A stretch of 63,530 nt of DNA, the filler included, from Octopus bimaculoides (lineage: Eukaryota), in NCBI RefSeq assembly GCF_001194135.2. It is 6 parts of 6 records of this genome, joined end to end, with 100 filler letters (N's around TTAATTAATTAA, not from the genome) between each part and the next. Parts side by side here need not be neighbours in the genome. Positions count along the whole stretch, not along the records: positions 1 to 18,750 come from NC_069007.1; 5 more parts are not named here. One strand, given 5' to 3'. Made by a program: the position numbers and the translations under genes. The notes beneath the pieces are model-generated. The model was given only the letters and a program-made list of their open reading frames with translations, did no database searches and was not told the origin of the DNA. Positions 1-10,319 of the stretch are shown here, in pieces (the stretch's first letter is position 1; each line of letters opens with the position of its first letter).

Positions 1-299
1 ATATATTTATTTATTTATTTTTATTTATTTATCGGTTTTAACTCAAAGCTGTCGCCATGCTGGGGCACTGTCGTCTTTCTACTGTTATTATTGACAGCCT
101 ATTCTGATATGTGCCATATGGTCAATAAGGGAGTTTGATGTCACTGCCCTCATTTGCGCCTCCTGTCGCGAGGTAGATTCATCTGGGACTCTCAACAGGA
201 AGAGATCCAGTTTTGTTTTAAAAACACCTACATCCACCTTTTAATATTCTTTGAGAGAATATAAAAAAAACTGTGGGCCCCTAAATCACAGGCTGTTGC

Positions 300-1830
300 A
301 GTAACTGGTCCTGAAGCATGACGACATTGTTGGGATCTTTGGCACTGTCAGTGGCGATCCGTTCTGGCATTTGTGTAGCTGTCAATGCCAAAATTTGGCA
401 CAATTACTTCCAGGATCTTCTAGGATCACCACTTCATCTATGGCTAATATATCTTCTTCACCAATGTCGATGTAATCCATCGTAACTGCCTCACTGGTTA
501 TAACTGAGACGGCAAAGAAATCCATTGGCTAGTTCACTTTTGAATTGGTCATTAAGTACCCCGCTGATCCTGGTTGGGTTATCTGTGATGGATCCATCCT
601 TCTGGAAGAGGGGTCCTATTTTGCAGCGTACTGAGGCCCTTTCTTTCGCATAAAGAAAACTTTTGGATTTGACTTTGTTTTTTTTTTATAACCCAGGCTT
701 CTTTGTCTGCTCTCTCTCTTTCACATAGGATTGTTGCAGGCGTTTTTCAATCTCCATCAGTGTTGTTTTAAGGCGGAACCTTTCACTATTTTTGGAATGT
801 TGGTTGAAGCCATTTGCAACCTTCGTCCGTCGCCTCATGAGGATCTTCCTCTCTCTTGGAATCTCGTTCCTTTTTGTGTTAGCCTTGTACTCTGGGACAT
901 ATTTCTGGCATATCGCTTGTATAACAGACATGAAATACTCTAGTTTCATGCCAATGTCTGGTGTAGAAAGACATTTTCGTCAGTCCTGTCTGAGGATCTC
1001 TTTTTGGATCGATTTCCAGTCTGCTTTGTGGAAGTTCAGATTGGAGAGATTTTGGGTGCTTCCTTTAGGTTGTATGTCTCTCGCTACTTTTTGTCTGTAC
1101 ATAGACAGCTGTATTATGTTGATCCGAAACTAATGTCGGCGTCACTATCACATTATGAACGATGTCCATGTTGTTTGTGAAGCAGAGATCCAATATGGTT
1201 GGTCGGAGCACAATTTGCTCCATGAATAGGGCATTAGTGAGGTTGAGCAGGGACGCCGCCTGTACTTGTTTGCAATGAGTTATTCCTGAGAGTATGGGGC
1301 CCTCGGGCCATTTGACAGTTAGGAAGTTGAAATCACACATAAGAAACACGCTCACGTGATATTCCAGTTTCATGAGGGTTTCTTTTATTTTTGTGAGGCA
1401 ATCTTCAAACTTGCCCGTGTGATTTGGAGTATTGAGTGGGCGATATGTATTGCATATGACTGGATTGTGTTGTCTTATGGATACAGTTTGAGTGTCACAT
1501 ACTGAATTTTAGTATGACAGTAGGGCATGGGCGCGAGGTCCTCACGGATATATACAGCAACTCCACCATGGCTCCTTTTCCTTTTGTCCGTTCGCAGTAC
1601 GGTATATTTTAGCACGTATGCTCTTGCATTCTCTCTATCAGGCCTAAGATGAGTTTCTACGAGTGCTATGCATAGGGCTTGATGGCATGCAGTAAGGTCT
1701 CTCAGGAAAAAGATTTTGGTTTTGTTGTGATGCAACAGGCCTCCAATATTTAGTAAAAATATTGGCGTGACGATTGCACTGGCGTTAGGGGAGGCAATAC
1801 CGTGTCTGTTGATTGTGGTGGTCTTGCGCT
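300..1830 (-). mobile_element. Decayed CR1/L2-type LINE ORF2 5' half (APE endonuclease plus linker); boundaries approximate
   Basis: Minus-strand peptides across frameshifts: IALVETHL, RTDKRKRSHGGVAVYIREDL, CDFNFLTVKW, ILDLCFTNN...VSDQH, and FLYAKERASVRCKIGPLFQKDG...LNDQFK. Confidence 0.8.
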
Positions 1831-1832
1831 AG

Positions 1833-1911
1833 GTGACGGGGACCTAAATACACCAACACCGGTTGTCAAGCGGTGATGGGAAGAGAGGACAGACACAGAC
1901 ACAAAGAGACA

Positions 1912-1986
<75 letters not shown>

Positions 1987-2138
1987 GACGGGCTTCTTTC
2001 AGTTTCCGGCTAACAAATCCACTCGCAAGACTTTGGTCGGCCTGAGGCTATAGTAAAAGACAGTTGCCCAAGTTTCCACGCAGTGGGACTGAACCCGGAA
2101 CCATGTGGTTGGGAAGCACACTTCTTACTACACAGCCA
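1833..2138 (-). mobile_element. tRNA-derived SINE family C (GGCTGTGTGGTAAG head, CORE-like CCTTGGGCAAG, internal (TA)n), 3' end missing
   Basis: Reverse-complement match to the copy at 22383-22784. Internal (TA)n at 1915-1985. Confidence 0.8.
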
Positions 2139-2178
2139 TTTAAAAATAATATTTTCTCATTTGTCTTCTTCTTTTCAG

Positions 2179-2295
2179 CTTCCGTTCACTGCTGCGGCAC
2201 CCATTCATCGTGGCTTTTTGACTGATGTTGACACTCGCTGGCTTTCTCTTTCTCAGAGTTGTGATGATCGTACCAGACAAGAACGAGGATTAGAA
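2179..2295 (+). CDS. GCLC: GCLC-like gene, visible coding exon 1 (117 bp; upstream exons not in window)
   Basis: ttttcag acceptor and gtgagt donor. Encodes LPFTAAAPIHRGFLTDVDTRWLSLSQSCDDRTRQERGLE, matching the GCLC segment [38 protein letters not shown]. Confidence 0.95.
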
Positions 2296-2324
2296 GTGAG
2301 TTTCAATACATTTACCTAAATCAA

Positions 2325-2520
2325 GGCGCTGAGCTGGCAGAATCGTTAGGACGCCGGACAAAATGCTTAGAGGCATTTCGTCCGTCTTTACATTCTGAGG
2401 TCGACTTTACCTTTTATCCTTTCAGGGTCGGTAAAATAAGTACCAGTTGAGCACCGGGGTCGATGTAATTGACTTAACCCCACTCCTGATATTGCTGGCC
2501 TTGTGCCGAATTTGAAACCA
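2325..2520 (+). mobile_element. SINE family B (GGCGGCGAGCTGGCAGAA head), about 30 bp downstream of the exon 1 donor
   Basis: Homologous to 5035-5263, 56186-56380 and 58455-58573 (GGTCGACTTT.CCTTT.ATCCTTTC.GGGTCG, AAGTACCAGTT). Confidence 0.8.
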
Positions 2521-2650
2521 GTATTTATATCTCACTCTGTAAATGGCGTCTGAAGTAAATTCTTTAAAACAATTCCTCCTCAGTTTCTTAGCAAAAATCG
2601 TTTTGATGAATACATGTAAAGTGTTTGGGATAAATTTGATAGTTGGCATA

Positions 2651-3107
2651 CGAGGTCTGATCAATTAGTATCCGGACTGTTGCTATAGTAACGAATCTAA
2701 AGCACGCAGAGTAAAGTCGCTTGGTAAAAATTGACCTTAAACTCTGCTGCGTATGCGCATTAAATTTTAATGTTCTAGCTCACTTCCACTGTTTATTGCA
2801 GTGCTTGAAAGGAACGTGTGTAGCGTGTGATCGTCGCATTGTCCATGACAGAGAAAGTTGTCATGGCGATACCTGCTCAGAGGCCAACACAAAGTTGCAG
2901 AAAGTGTTTGGAGAGGAGTGTATGAGCCGCACATAGGTGTACGGGTGGTTCAGGCGTTTCCAAGATGTCCAAAAAAATGTCGAACGTTCTGGGAGATACG
3001 CAACCAACAGAACTGAGAAAAACATCGCAGATGTGCGTGCAGCCGTGAGGGGAAATTGTCGAATCACCATCCGTGAGTTATCAGAGGATGTGCAGATTAG
3101 TTACGGT
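2651..3107 (+). mobile_element. Mariner transposon 5' remnant
   Basis: TA followed by a CGAGGTCTGATCAA TIR. N-terminal HTH peptide LQKVFGEECMSRT*VYGWFRRF...RSGR...RITIRELSEDVQISYG. Confidence 0.85.
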
Positions 3108-3867
3108 GACCCTCTCCATCCAGGGTTTGACAACAGTCTCCAGCAGTTTCACATAGCCGTCTGAACTGAGCCAAAGACCCTGTTCAAAGATGTAAGGCGG
3201 CATGATGTTACCCTTACTAGAGACACATACAAAGACCGTCACAGTTTGGGGAAACTTGATTTTCATGATTCATGAAACATCACATGGATTGTGGGTAAAC
3301 CCCCTGTTCTTTTGGGTGTTGTGAAACTGGTCCTGGTAGACATTCTTTTTATATGAGAAGGTCCAGACGATCCTTTTGATCAGCTTGTTCGGGAGCTTCT
3401 TTGCGTTTGTCAAGCTGTTCTCCTTAGTCTTGGCTGTCAGAATTTGTCTCTTGCGCCTCTTGTATCAGTTGTAACTAAGGTCCTCATTCAAGGCCGTCTT
3501 CATGGTGGAGACTCCAACACCTATCACTATCGCCAAAGCCTGGATTCCTTTACTTAGATCTTCCATTACGCTGTCCTGCAGTTGTTGGGTGAATTCTGGC
3601 GTGCAGAACGCCTGCTGTATTCCTTCCTGATGGCAACGGCTTCAAAGTCTCCCTCTTGCAGCTGGCCATATCACATCTTACAGCCTTTACACTGTTCTCA
3701 AAGTATTCTGCTGCAGACATGATGACATCATTTTGGTACCCAGCAATAATCATCATGGCACAGGTAATTCTTTTTTAATATTCAGACCGTTAACCGTTCA
3801 CCAGTACATCAAGCTGTTTCTGAAATGAAGACATTAAAACATCGTCAGATTGAGTCGGGACACTCTA
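3108..3867 (-). mobile_element. Tc1/mariner-superfamily (maT/DD37D-like) transposon 5' remnant
   Basis: Minus-strand TA then TAGAGTGTCCCGACTC terminus. Peptides AKKLPNKL...WTFSYKKNVYQDQFHNTQKNR (FSDEK motif decayed) and KFPQTVTVFVCVSSKGNIMPPYIF...YVKLLETVVKPW. Confidence 0.75.
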
Positions 3868-4031
3868 TATTAAAGAAGACCTTGAAGCAGGTGAGAAGAT
3901 TGGTTGTAGAAAATCTGTCTCCACAAATTCTGTTTGATTCATGCGAGCATGGAAAGTGTACGCGTTAAATTATGATTATAATGGTACTAATTTAAATATG
4001 AACCGTTTATGACCGAGTGTGGGTCGGTATT

Positions 4032-4421
4032 GTTGTTGTTGTTGGCACTCCGTCGCTTACGACGTCGAGGGTTCCAGTTGATCCGATCAACGGAATAACC
4101 TGCTCGTGAAATTAACGTGCAAGTGGCTGAGCACTGCACAGACACGTGTACTCTTAACGTAGTTCTCGGGGATATTCAGCGTAACACAGTGTGACAAGGC
4201 TGACCCTTTGAATTACAGGCACAACAGAAACAGGAAGTAAGAGTGAGTGAAAGTTGTGGTGAAAGAGTACAGCAGGGTTCGCCACCATCCCCTGCCGGAG
4301 CCTCATGGAGCTTTAGGTGTTTTCGGTCAATAAACACTCACAACGCCCGGTCTGGGATTCGAAACCGCGATCCTATGACCGCGAGTCCGCTGCCCTAACC
4401 ACTGCGCCATTGCGCCTCCAC
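4032..4421 (-). mobile_element. Full-length tRNA-derived SINE family A with (AAC)n tail and 12-bp TSD
   Basis: Minus-strand head GTGGAGGCGCAATGGCGCAGTGGTTAGGGCAG...GGTTTCGAATCC (A/B boxes). TSD TGGGTCGGTATT at 4020-4031 and 4422-4433. Confidence 0.92.
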
Positions 4422-4503
4422 TGGGTCGGTATTAGTTAAAGAATAAATGCCATGAAATCGTTTCTTTTATAAATATACTTTATAATCTCTTGTCTTCATT
4501 TAG

Positions 4504-4642
4504 CCTTTGACAAATGGCAGTGTTTTTATACCAACAACGCGTTTTGATACAGTATGCAGTTACCTTTCTGTGAGCGACCAATTTTATAACGACTATGAGT
4601 ACAGTTATGATCCTGAGCAGTATGAATTATTGAAGGCAGAAG
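4504..4642 (+). CDS. GCLC: GCLC-like visible exon 2 (139 bp, phase 0-1)
   Basis: cttcatttag acceptor and gtattt donor. Encodes PLTNGSVFIPTTRFDTVCSYLSVSDQFYNDYEYSYDPEQYELLKAE(G), matching PLKNNNYRISKSRYDSIDSYL...YND...IYEQLLQEG. Confidence 0.93.
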
Positions 4643-4921
4643 GTATTTAGAAATTCTCTAAAGACATAAAAATAGTTTTTGATTTATTTTGTATGAAAAT
4701 ATTATCATTAACAGAATTATCTTTTTCCCTTTTCCGACTTTGTATCGAGTTGCGAAGATTTACTCTCAATTACATTCATTAAAGCATCTAAGACTCATGT
4801 TAATCGTTCAAAAACACACAGAAACGAATAATTTCACTTAACTTCTTGGGGCCAAAATCTTCGTTGCACTGTCTGTAATCTGGTTAGGGATGACGATTTT
4901 GACACCAAGTAATGTCAAGGA

Positions 4922-5490
4922 GCACTCCGTCGTTTACGACGAAGAGAGTCTCAACTGATACGATCAACGGAACAGCTTGCTCGTGAAATTAGCGTGCAAA
5001 TGGCTGAGCACTCCACAGAAATGTGTACCCTTAAGGCGGCGAGCTGGCAGAAACGATAGCACGCCGGGCGAAATGCTAAGTGGTATTTCGTCTGCCGCTA
5101 CGTTCTAAGTTCAAATTCCGCGAGGTCAACTTTACCTTTCATCTTTCGGGGTCGATTAAATAAGTACCAGTTACGCACTGGGGTCGATATAATCGACTTA
5201 ATCCGTTTGTCTGTCCTTGTTTGCCCCCTCTATGTGTAGCCCCTTGTGGGCAGTAAAGAAATAAGAAACGTGTACCCTTAACGTAGAAAGGAGATTCAGC
5301 GTGACACAGTGTGACAAGGCTGGCCTTTGAAATACAGTTACTACTCGTTTTTGCCAGCTGAGTGGACTGGAGCAACGTAAAATAAAGTGTCTTGCTCAAG
5401 GACACAACGCGTCGCTAGGAATTGAATTCATGACCTTACGATCGTGTGCAGAATGCCCTAACCCTAACCCTAACCACTAAGCCACGCTCC
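4922..5490 (-). mobile_element. SINE sharing the family-A 3' tail but with a different tRNA/CORE-like head; interrupted by a family-B SINE
   Basis: 4922-5034 and 5282-about 5330 match the family-A tail. About 5360-5490 carries GTGTCCTTGAGCAAGACACTTTATTT (CORE-like) and a GGCTTAGTGGTTAGGG head on the minus strand. Confidence 0.8.
5035..5263 (+). mobile_element. SINE family B nested inside another SINE
   Basis: Flanked by the duplicated target AGAAA(T/C)GTGTACCCTTAA at 5017-5034 and 5264-5281. Confidence 0.9.
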
Positions 5491-5867
5491 TTCTCACCAA
5501 GTAAAAAATTATTGAGTAAAGTTAACAATTTTTGTGTTAACGAATAGTTAATGCATGTCTTCTATACTGTGATTGCTTTAGTTTCAGCGAACATTCAACG
5601 AACGTTGTGTTCTTGAGCAAGACACTTTATCATTTGCCAGACAAATCAACCCTGATACATACCTTGATGTATTCTAATAACTCAGAGCTACCATAGAAAT
5701 CTTATACAATCTGAACCTAGTTTTTAAAATTCTACCAGAGTCAACATTGTGTTCAATATTATAGAATTTTCACAAAATTGCATCATACCTGACGATGGAT
5801 TCAAAATTGTTTTGTTTTTTTTTCTGGATTCTTTACTTACTCTAATCCAATCTCGCTAGTTGTACTA

Positions 5868-6049
5868 CGGGGTGCTGAAAACTTACTGGCTTTAAGGATG
5901 TCGCGAAATGCCTGGCTAGAGGCCCAAACTGAAGGACCGCTGCAATAAGTATGTGAATCTGAGAAGGGAATATATTAAATACAATCATAATTAACTGATC
6001 CTCCAGTATTTTCTTTTCCCCAAAGACAGGAACTTTTCAGCATCCCTCA
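5868..6049 (+). mobile_element. Mariner-derived MITE, copy 1
   Basis: TA-flanked TIRs GGGGTGCTGAAAA...TTTTCAGCATCCC. Carries a remnant of the transposase C-terminus. Confidence 0.82.
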
Positions 6050-6072
6050 TATGTATATATTAAATATATATA

Positions 6073-6279
6073 TGAGAGGGCGCTGAAAAGTTCCTGGCTT
6101 TAAGGGTGTCACGAAATGCCTGGTTAGAGGCTCAAACTTCTGAGTTCTTTTCCAGTGCTTAGAAAAACTGAAGGACCACTGTAATAAGTGTGTGAATCTG
6201 AGAGGAGAATATGTTGAATAAAATCATAATTAACTGATCCTCCTGTATCCAAAGCGAGGAACTTTTCAGCACCCCTTCG
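6073..6279 (+). mobile_element. Mariner-derived MITE, copy 2
   Basis: TIRs GAGGGCGCTGAAAAGTTCC / GGAACTTTTCAGCACCCCTTCG with TA flanks. Encodes LKDHCNKCVNLRGEYVE*, a mariner C-terminus. Confidence 0.85.
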
Positions 6280-6592
6280 TATATATATACACACACACAT
6301 ATAGACACCTCAAGCAAATAGACGTGCCTCGTTTTATTGTTCTCTGTGTAAACACTACTCCCCAGTACAGCGTCCAAACGGGTTGAATCATTAAAAACCG
6401 CGCAAGGTATGTCTACGAAATACTAGATTAGGTATTTGACTGCAATAAATGACATTTTATTTCTTGAAATAAATCTTTAAGAAATGGTGTCTATTTACCT
6501 TTGATACATATTACTCAATTGTCAATTTTTCTCTTGAAAACATGTTACAATTTTATAAATTTAATTAATTAAAATATTTTTTAATTACTCAG

Positions 6593-6702
6593 GTGTTGAT
6601 GAAATGATGGCTAAATATGTTGCCCAACTTCTTGTTAGAGACCCAATCACTATGTACAAAGAAAAGATTGATCAAGACGTGAAAGATACTGATCATATTC
6701 AG
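6593..6702 (+). CDS. GCLC: GCLC-like visible exon 3 (110 bp, phase 1-0)
   Basis: ttactcag acceptor and gtaaaa donor. Encodes (G)VDEMMAKYVAQLLVRDPITMYKEKIDQDVKDTDHIQ, matching [26 protein letters not shown]...DHFE. Confidence 0.93.
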
Positions 6703-6861
6703 GTAAAACAGTTTATTTGTAAATAAATCTATAAAATAGTAAAGGAACGCAGCTAAGTGGTTGAGGTATTCGGTTCACAATCATAGTGCCGTGGGTTCAA
6801 TTCGTAGTGAATAGGACGCCAAAGTGTTACAGAGTTAACTTCCTAACTGCTGCTGGAATTC

Positions 6862-6966
6862 GGTGCCACATGAAAAGCACTGGTGATGGTGCCTTGCAAA
6901 AATCACTGATGATAGTGCCATGTAAACAGAGCTGGTGCTGGTGCCACGTAAAAAAGCAGTGGTGAT
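6862..6966 (+). repeat. Four-copy 26-bp minisatellite (GGTGCCAC.TAAAA.GCACTGGTGAT) downstream of a degenerate tRNA-like SINE head at about 6744
   Basis: Units start at 6862, 6888, 6914 and 6940. Confidence 0.7.
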
Positions 6967-7199
6967 GGAACTATAAACATAGGATTCCTTGAAGAGAAAC
7001 AAACACTCATAAGGATCTTGTACTCTGACTGCTATTTTATTGATCCAACCCAAATGGTTGAAAGCAGGATTTAAACTCATATTGGAGAGAACTAGAAGAA
7101 ATACGTGGGACATTTATAGGAAATCTAACAACTCTGTAATCTTATTACCTAATGTATAAATTACACGGTGGAACACGATTTTTGTCCTTGGGTAGGAGC

Positions 7200-7604
7200 T
7201 GTTATTTCCTATTTGCTTACTCTTAGAAAGTATGAAAAATGGCTAATATTTCCTTTAAACATTGCTCTTCTTGTATTTATTCAAACCACACATAATTCCT
7301 CTCAACACATGGCTATGATACTACCCCATTACTGCTGCTCATGATCAGAGATGCACATATTGTCAGCCACTTAGGGACTTGCTCAAGTGATTACGGTTAA
7401 GCAACTGTTAAGTAAATCTGTGATATTGAACAGAATATTTGATTCAGCAATGTCTGCTTCCGCAACTCAGCGCTGAATTTGTCTGAAATTTAAAGGAAAA
7501 TAAGTCAATTTCAGAACATCGATGTCCAAGTGACAAAGGCAAAGTTTGAAGGGAATGGTAGTCATTTCCTTTGATTTCTAGATAGAAGCAAATAGGAAAT
7601 AACA
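7200..7604. mobile_element. MITE-like non-autonomous element bounded by a perfect 19-bp inverted repeat
   Basis: TGTTATTTCCTATTTGCTT at 7200-7218 and AAGCAAATAGGAAATAACA at 7586-7604. No TSD identified. Confidence 0.6.
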
Positions 7605-8330
7605 CTTACTGGCAAAACATACTCTCACACAAATAATAAAACTTTTGTTACAGTGCTATCAATGTGCATGAAAGTTGTGACAAATGCCAGACAGCATAAT
7701 TGCTGGAATTCAATAATGTTGTTGAAACATAAGGAATCCTTTCTTGAACTTTCAAATTTCATACATTTTTCGTAAAAGAGGACTGTTAAAGGGGATAAAA
7801 ATATTATGAACAAAAAATATTGAAGGGTTAAATATGATCAGTAAACCATTTACTGATATTAGAAGACTAAGCTGAAAGCTCTCTACAATAGTAATTGTCA
7901 ATTGATGTTTATTATGAATCTTTATCGAAAGATTCCAAAACATCAATGAGAAAATTTTAATTGGATGTGTTTTAATTGAAAAATTTTTCACAGCTTTGAC
8001 CTCACAAAATATACACTTTTACATCATACATTGGTAAAGGTCAAAGGTTACTTTACATTTTGCTTTTTGTTTAAAATATGTGAACATTTTATATGCATTT
8101 TACACAGCAATTATAACAAACATGACTAAATACTTTCTCTACACATCATAATAGTAAATAACAATTAGTGTACGTTATAAATGAGCTATACCCTATATGT
8201 TATCATAACCAACAATCAGTGATGTGCATTATACTCATGTATGTATTATGAACGGATAAATATATTTGTTATTAAATCGATTATATATGTTCTATATCTA
8301 TGACTAAAGTTGGTTAACATTCTGTTTCAG

Positions 8331-8417
8331 ACCATTATTGGAAGTAATTGGCACACCTTAAAACTGAAACTACCTGATGAGAACTCTGGATGGAAAATAG
8401 AATTCAGAACAATGGAG
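8331..8417 (+). CDS. GCLC: GCLC-like visible exon 4 (87 bp, phase 0-0), containing the GWxxEFR catalytic segment
   Basis: ctgtttcag acceptor and gtcata donor. Encodes TIIGSNWHTLKLKLPDENSGWKIEFRTME, matching [31 protein letters not shown]. Confidence 0.93.
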
Positions 8418-8874
8418 GTCATATTTTAGTAGAGACTGTCTCCGTATAAAAGATATTTCTGTATGCTTCATTGTATATAGGCGCAGACATAGCTTTTTGG
8501 TGTTGGCTTCATATCAGCATGGTTACGAGTTCAATCTCACTGCAAGACTCCTTGCAGAAATATTTTTTAATAACATTGGGTTGATTGATATTTGTGAGTG
8601 GGATTTGGAAGAATTTGTTATATTCTTTGACTTGTTAGACCCATTGGACAGCAGCCATGCCACAGGCACCAATTCCAAGGATTCGATCAGTCATATCAAT
8701 TCCAGAACTTATATTTTTAAGTCCAGACTTTATTTTCTCGATCTCCATAAGCACCATGACTGGTAGTTTGTAAACAGTGTACATGTATGCACAATCACGA
8801 AGCCATACACACACACGCTCACATGCATGCATACGCATAGATACATATATAAATGTATGACTTGTTTGAACCAT

Positions 8875-9190
8875 CAGACACACATAAGCATGCACACATA
8901 CATACATAAGCACACACACACACACACACACAAGCATACATACAGACACACATAAGCATGCACACATACACATACACACATAAGCATGTACACATGCACA
9001 CACACAGATACACATAAGCATGCACACATACACACACAGAGACACACAGACACACATAAGCAGGCACACAGACACACATAAGCATGCACACAGACACACA
9101 AACACACATAAGCATGTACACATGCATACATACACACCCACATAAGCATGGACATAGACACATAAGCATACACACATAAGGATGTACACA
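8875..9190. repeat. CA-derived minisatellite (CACACATAAGCATG-type units)
   Basis: About ten recurrences of CATAAGCA embedded in CA-rich sequence. Confidence 0.8.
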
Positions 9191-9226
9191 TACACACACA
9201 CACATACAAATATATATATATAATAA

Positions 9227-9635
9227 CAGGCGTGGCTGTGTGAAGGCGCAGGTGTGGCTGTGTGGAGGTGCAGGTGTGGCAAGAAGCTTACTTCCCAACC
9301 ACATGGTTCCGGGTTCACACCTTGTCTTCTACTATAGTCTTGGGCTGACCAAAGCCTTGTGAGTGGATTTGGTAGACGGAACCTGAAAGAAGCCCATCAT
9401 ATACTTACTTTGCATATATCTGTGTTTGTGTCTGTGTTTGTTCCCAACCCACCATCGCTTGATAACCGATGTTGGTATGTTTACGTCCAATAACTTAGCA
9501 GTTAGGCAAAAGACGCCGATAGCATAAGTACTAGGCTTACAAATCGACTAGGGTCGATTTGTTCGACTAGAAACCCCTTACGGTGGTGCTCCAGCATTGC
9601 TGCAGTCAAATGACTGGAACAAGTGTAAGAATAAA
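9227..9635 (+). mobile_element. SINE family C with triplicated 5' end, ending 20 bp upstream of GCLC visible exon 5
   Basis: Homologous to 22383-22784. 22-bp head units start at 9227, 9249 and 9271 (last one partial). Confidence 0.85.
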
Positions 9636-9655
9636 AATATTGTCTATATTTCCAG

Positions 9656-9908
9656 CTTCAGTTGACCGACTTTGAAAACGCTGCCCTTGTTGTATTTATG
9701 GTTCTTCTTACCCGAGCTATGGTTACCTTCANNNNNNNNNNNNNNNNNNNNNNNNNNNNNNNNNNNNNNNNNNNNNNNNNNNNNNNNNNNNNNNNNNNNN
9801 NNNNNNNNNNNNNNNNNNNNNNNNNNCGCTGCCCTTGTTGTATTTATGGTTCTTCTTACCCGAGCTATGGTTACCTTCAAACTGAACTTTTTGGTCCCAT
9901 TGACAAAG
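9656..9908 (+). CDS. GCLC: GCLC-like visible exon 5 (true length about 105 bp; split by an N gap with a 53-bp duplicated overlap)
   Basis: tttccag acceptor at 9655 and gtaaat donor at 9909. Merging the duplicated flanks gives LQLTDFENAALVVFMVLLTRAMVTFKLNFLVPLTK, matching [35 protein letters not shown]. Confidence 0.92.
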
Positions 9909-10319
9909 GTAAATATTGATTTCTCTACAATAAATAATGAACTCTTTGATTTAACTAAAGATATATGAACTACAGTTGGCGTTTAATTATATCTCAAAAC
10001 ATTGCTTTCATAAGATTATCATTTTTTTAAAAGTTAACATCTTTTTTAATCGTGAAAGTTTTTAAAATATTTACACTATAGTTCAACCGATTTGACTTCA
10101 GCCACTATCATGTTTCGGATTTTGGGATATAAACAGGAAACTGCTTCGTGAGAAAAGGGCGAAGCAACTGAGATTTTTAGATCATGTGATAAGGAAGAGC
10201 GCTTGGAAAATTTATAACCAGTTCTTTTTCTTAAATCATTTACAATCTACTGCATCTCAAAGCCCATGTTTCATTGTCATGTAGCATAGCTGTTTGCACA
10301 CAGACATCATACAATCTAC

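Noticed and set aside
8635-9318. 227-aa Cys/Val-rich ORF and similar ORFs at 21-29 kb and 62.7-63.2 kb
   Set aside because: These are translations of CA/TG/TA micro- and minisatellites.
9827-9908. Tandem duplicated or mutually exclusive GCLC exon
   Set aside because: 100% identical overlap directly flanking a gap, and the second copy has no acceptor. Best explained as an assembly artefact.
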